This document shows positions 62,850 through 64,000 of a stretch of DNA of 64,000 nt, piece by piece. Location: positions 2,842,689-2,906,688 of the forward strand of contig NC_081369.1 of the NCBI RefSeq assembly GCF_030684315.1, read 5' to 3'. How positions within the stretch are numbered: the stretch's first letter is position 1; the number at the start of each line of letters is the position of its first letter. The position numbers were made by a program, and so were the translations under genes. Origin of the DNA: Stegostoma tigrinum. Its lineage: Eukaryota. The notes under the pieces were generated by a model that made no database searches, was not told the DNA's origin, and saw only the letters and a list, made by a program, of their open reading frames with translations.

Positions 62850-63695
62850 TGCTTATTTGCCAGTATTTGGCCTGTACCTCTCTAAACTCTTCCTATCCGT
62901 TTACCTGTCTAAATGTCTTTAAAATGTTGAAATTGTGCCCACCTGTATACTTCCTCTGGCAGCTCATTCCATGTAATCACCACACTGTGTATAAAAAAAG
63001 ATGCTCCTCAGTTCCTTTGTAAATCTTTCCTCATTCACTTTAAACATATGTCCTCTAGTTTTGGGCTCCCCTACACTGGGGATAAGACCTTGGCTGTTCA
63101 TATTATCCAAGCCCCTCATTATCGTATAAATCTCTATAATGTCACCCCTCAGCCTCCTACGCTGCAGGAGAAAAAACGTCCCTGCCTATCCCACCTCTCC
63201 TTAGAACTTCCGTTCTTAGTAATATCCTTGTAATTTTTTTTACACTCTTTCCAGTTTAATAACATCCTTAGGGCAACCAGGATTGTACACAGTGCTCCAG
63301 ATGTGGTCTTACGAATGTCTTGTACAGCTGTAATATGACGTCCCAACTCCTGTACTCATTACTCTGACTGATGAAGGCAAGCATGCTAAATGCTTTCTCC
63401 ACGATGTTGTCTATCTGTGCCGCCACTTTCAAGGAACTATGTACCTGCACCCCTAGGTCTCTCTGTTTGACAGAACCCCTCAGGGCCCTAACAGTGTAAG
63501 CCCTGCCCTGCCTTGTCTTACCAAAATGCAACAATTCGCATTTATCTACATTAAATTCCATCCGCCATTCCTCGGCCAACTGGCCCAGCTGATCAAGATT
63601 CCATCGTATTCAAATATACCTTCTACACTGTCCACTAAACCACATACTTTGGTGTCATCCGCAAACTTCCTAAACATGCCTTCTATATTCCTTGC
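62850..63695 (-). mobile_element. CR1 LINE 3' fragment
   Basis: AEEWRMEFNVDKCELLHFG...VRPHLEHCVQ. Confidence 0.9.
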
Positions 63696-64000
63696 AACTT
63701 ATAGTGAAAATTTATTTCAGTCTAAATCGGGAATTAAGAAGCTGTCAACTGAAACGACTGCCACAGTATATTAATTAGGTAGCTTGCTTGAAATGTGTTT
63801 TTTCTAAACAACAATCTTATCTGCTTAGGTTTCTACTTTGCATAAATGCAGATGGTCTTCTATGTATGGGAATATGTGAGCTGGGGACAGCAGTTCCTCA
63901 TTGGGTGCATATCAATGCAGTGTTTGCTTAGGAGTGCGGTGAGTGAGAGAATTTGGTGTGGTGATGGAGGACATGCTTTGCCTGAACTTTTGGTTTTAAA

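Overview
Eukaryotic, repeat-rich vertebrate DNA. The repeat families (HE1/DeuSINE-type SINEs, CR1 LINEs, Penelope-derived palindromes) look like those of a shark; this is inference. The window holds a tandem cluster of spliced immunoglobulin-superfamily receptor genes on the + strand. Gene A (5' end outside the window; exons at 1-14791) is open throughout: V-C1-TM-cytoplasmic tail with four tyrosine motifs, a SIRP-alpha-like inhibitory architecture. Gene B (~34.2-45.9 kb) is its ~35 kb tandem duplicate with three changes: the C1 splice donor is GG instead of GT, followed by an in-frame stop and an AATAAA absent from A; the TM has Lys/Arg; and a stop codon sits upstream of all ITIM exons. It therefore looks like a soluble decoy, an activating counterpart, or a recent pseudogene. 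Gene C (58-60.8 kb) is a disrupted V(J-like)-TM relative. A and B both carry, antisense in the C1-TM intron, an old class III (ERV-L/ERV-S-like) provirus with gag-pro-RT, no RNase H/integrase, and an env with a short N-terminal and a long C-terminal subunit. Many Penelope-derived palindromic insertions carry target-site duplications and hammerhead-ribozyme cores. Most ORF-track entries are spurious or transposon fragments. TE boundaries are approximate and were read by eye.
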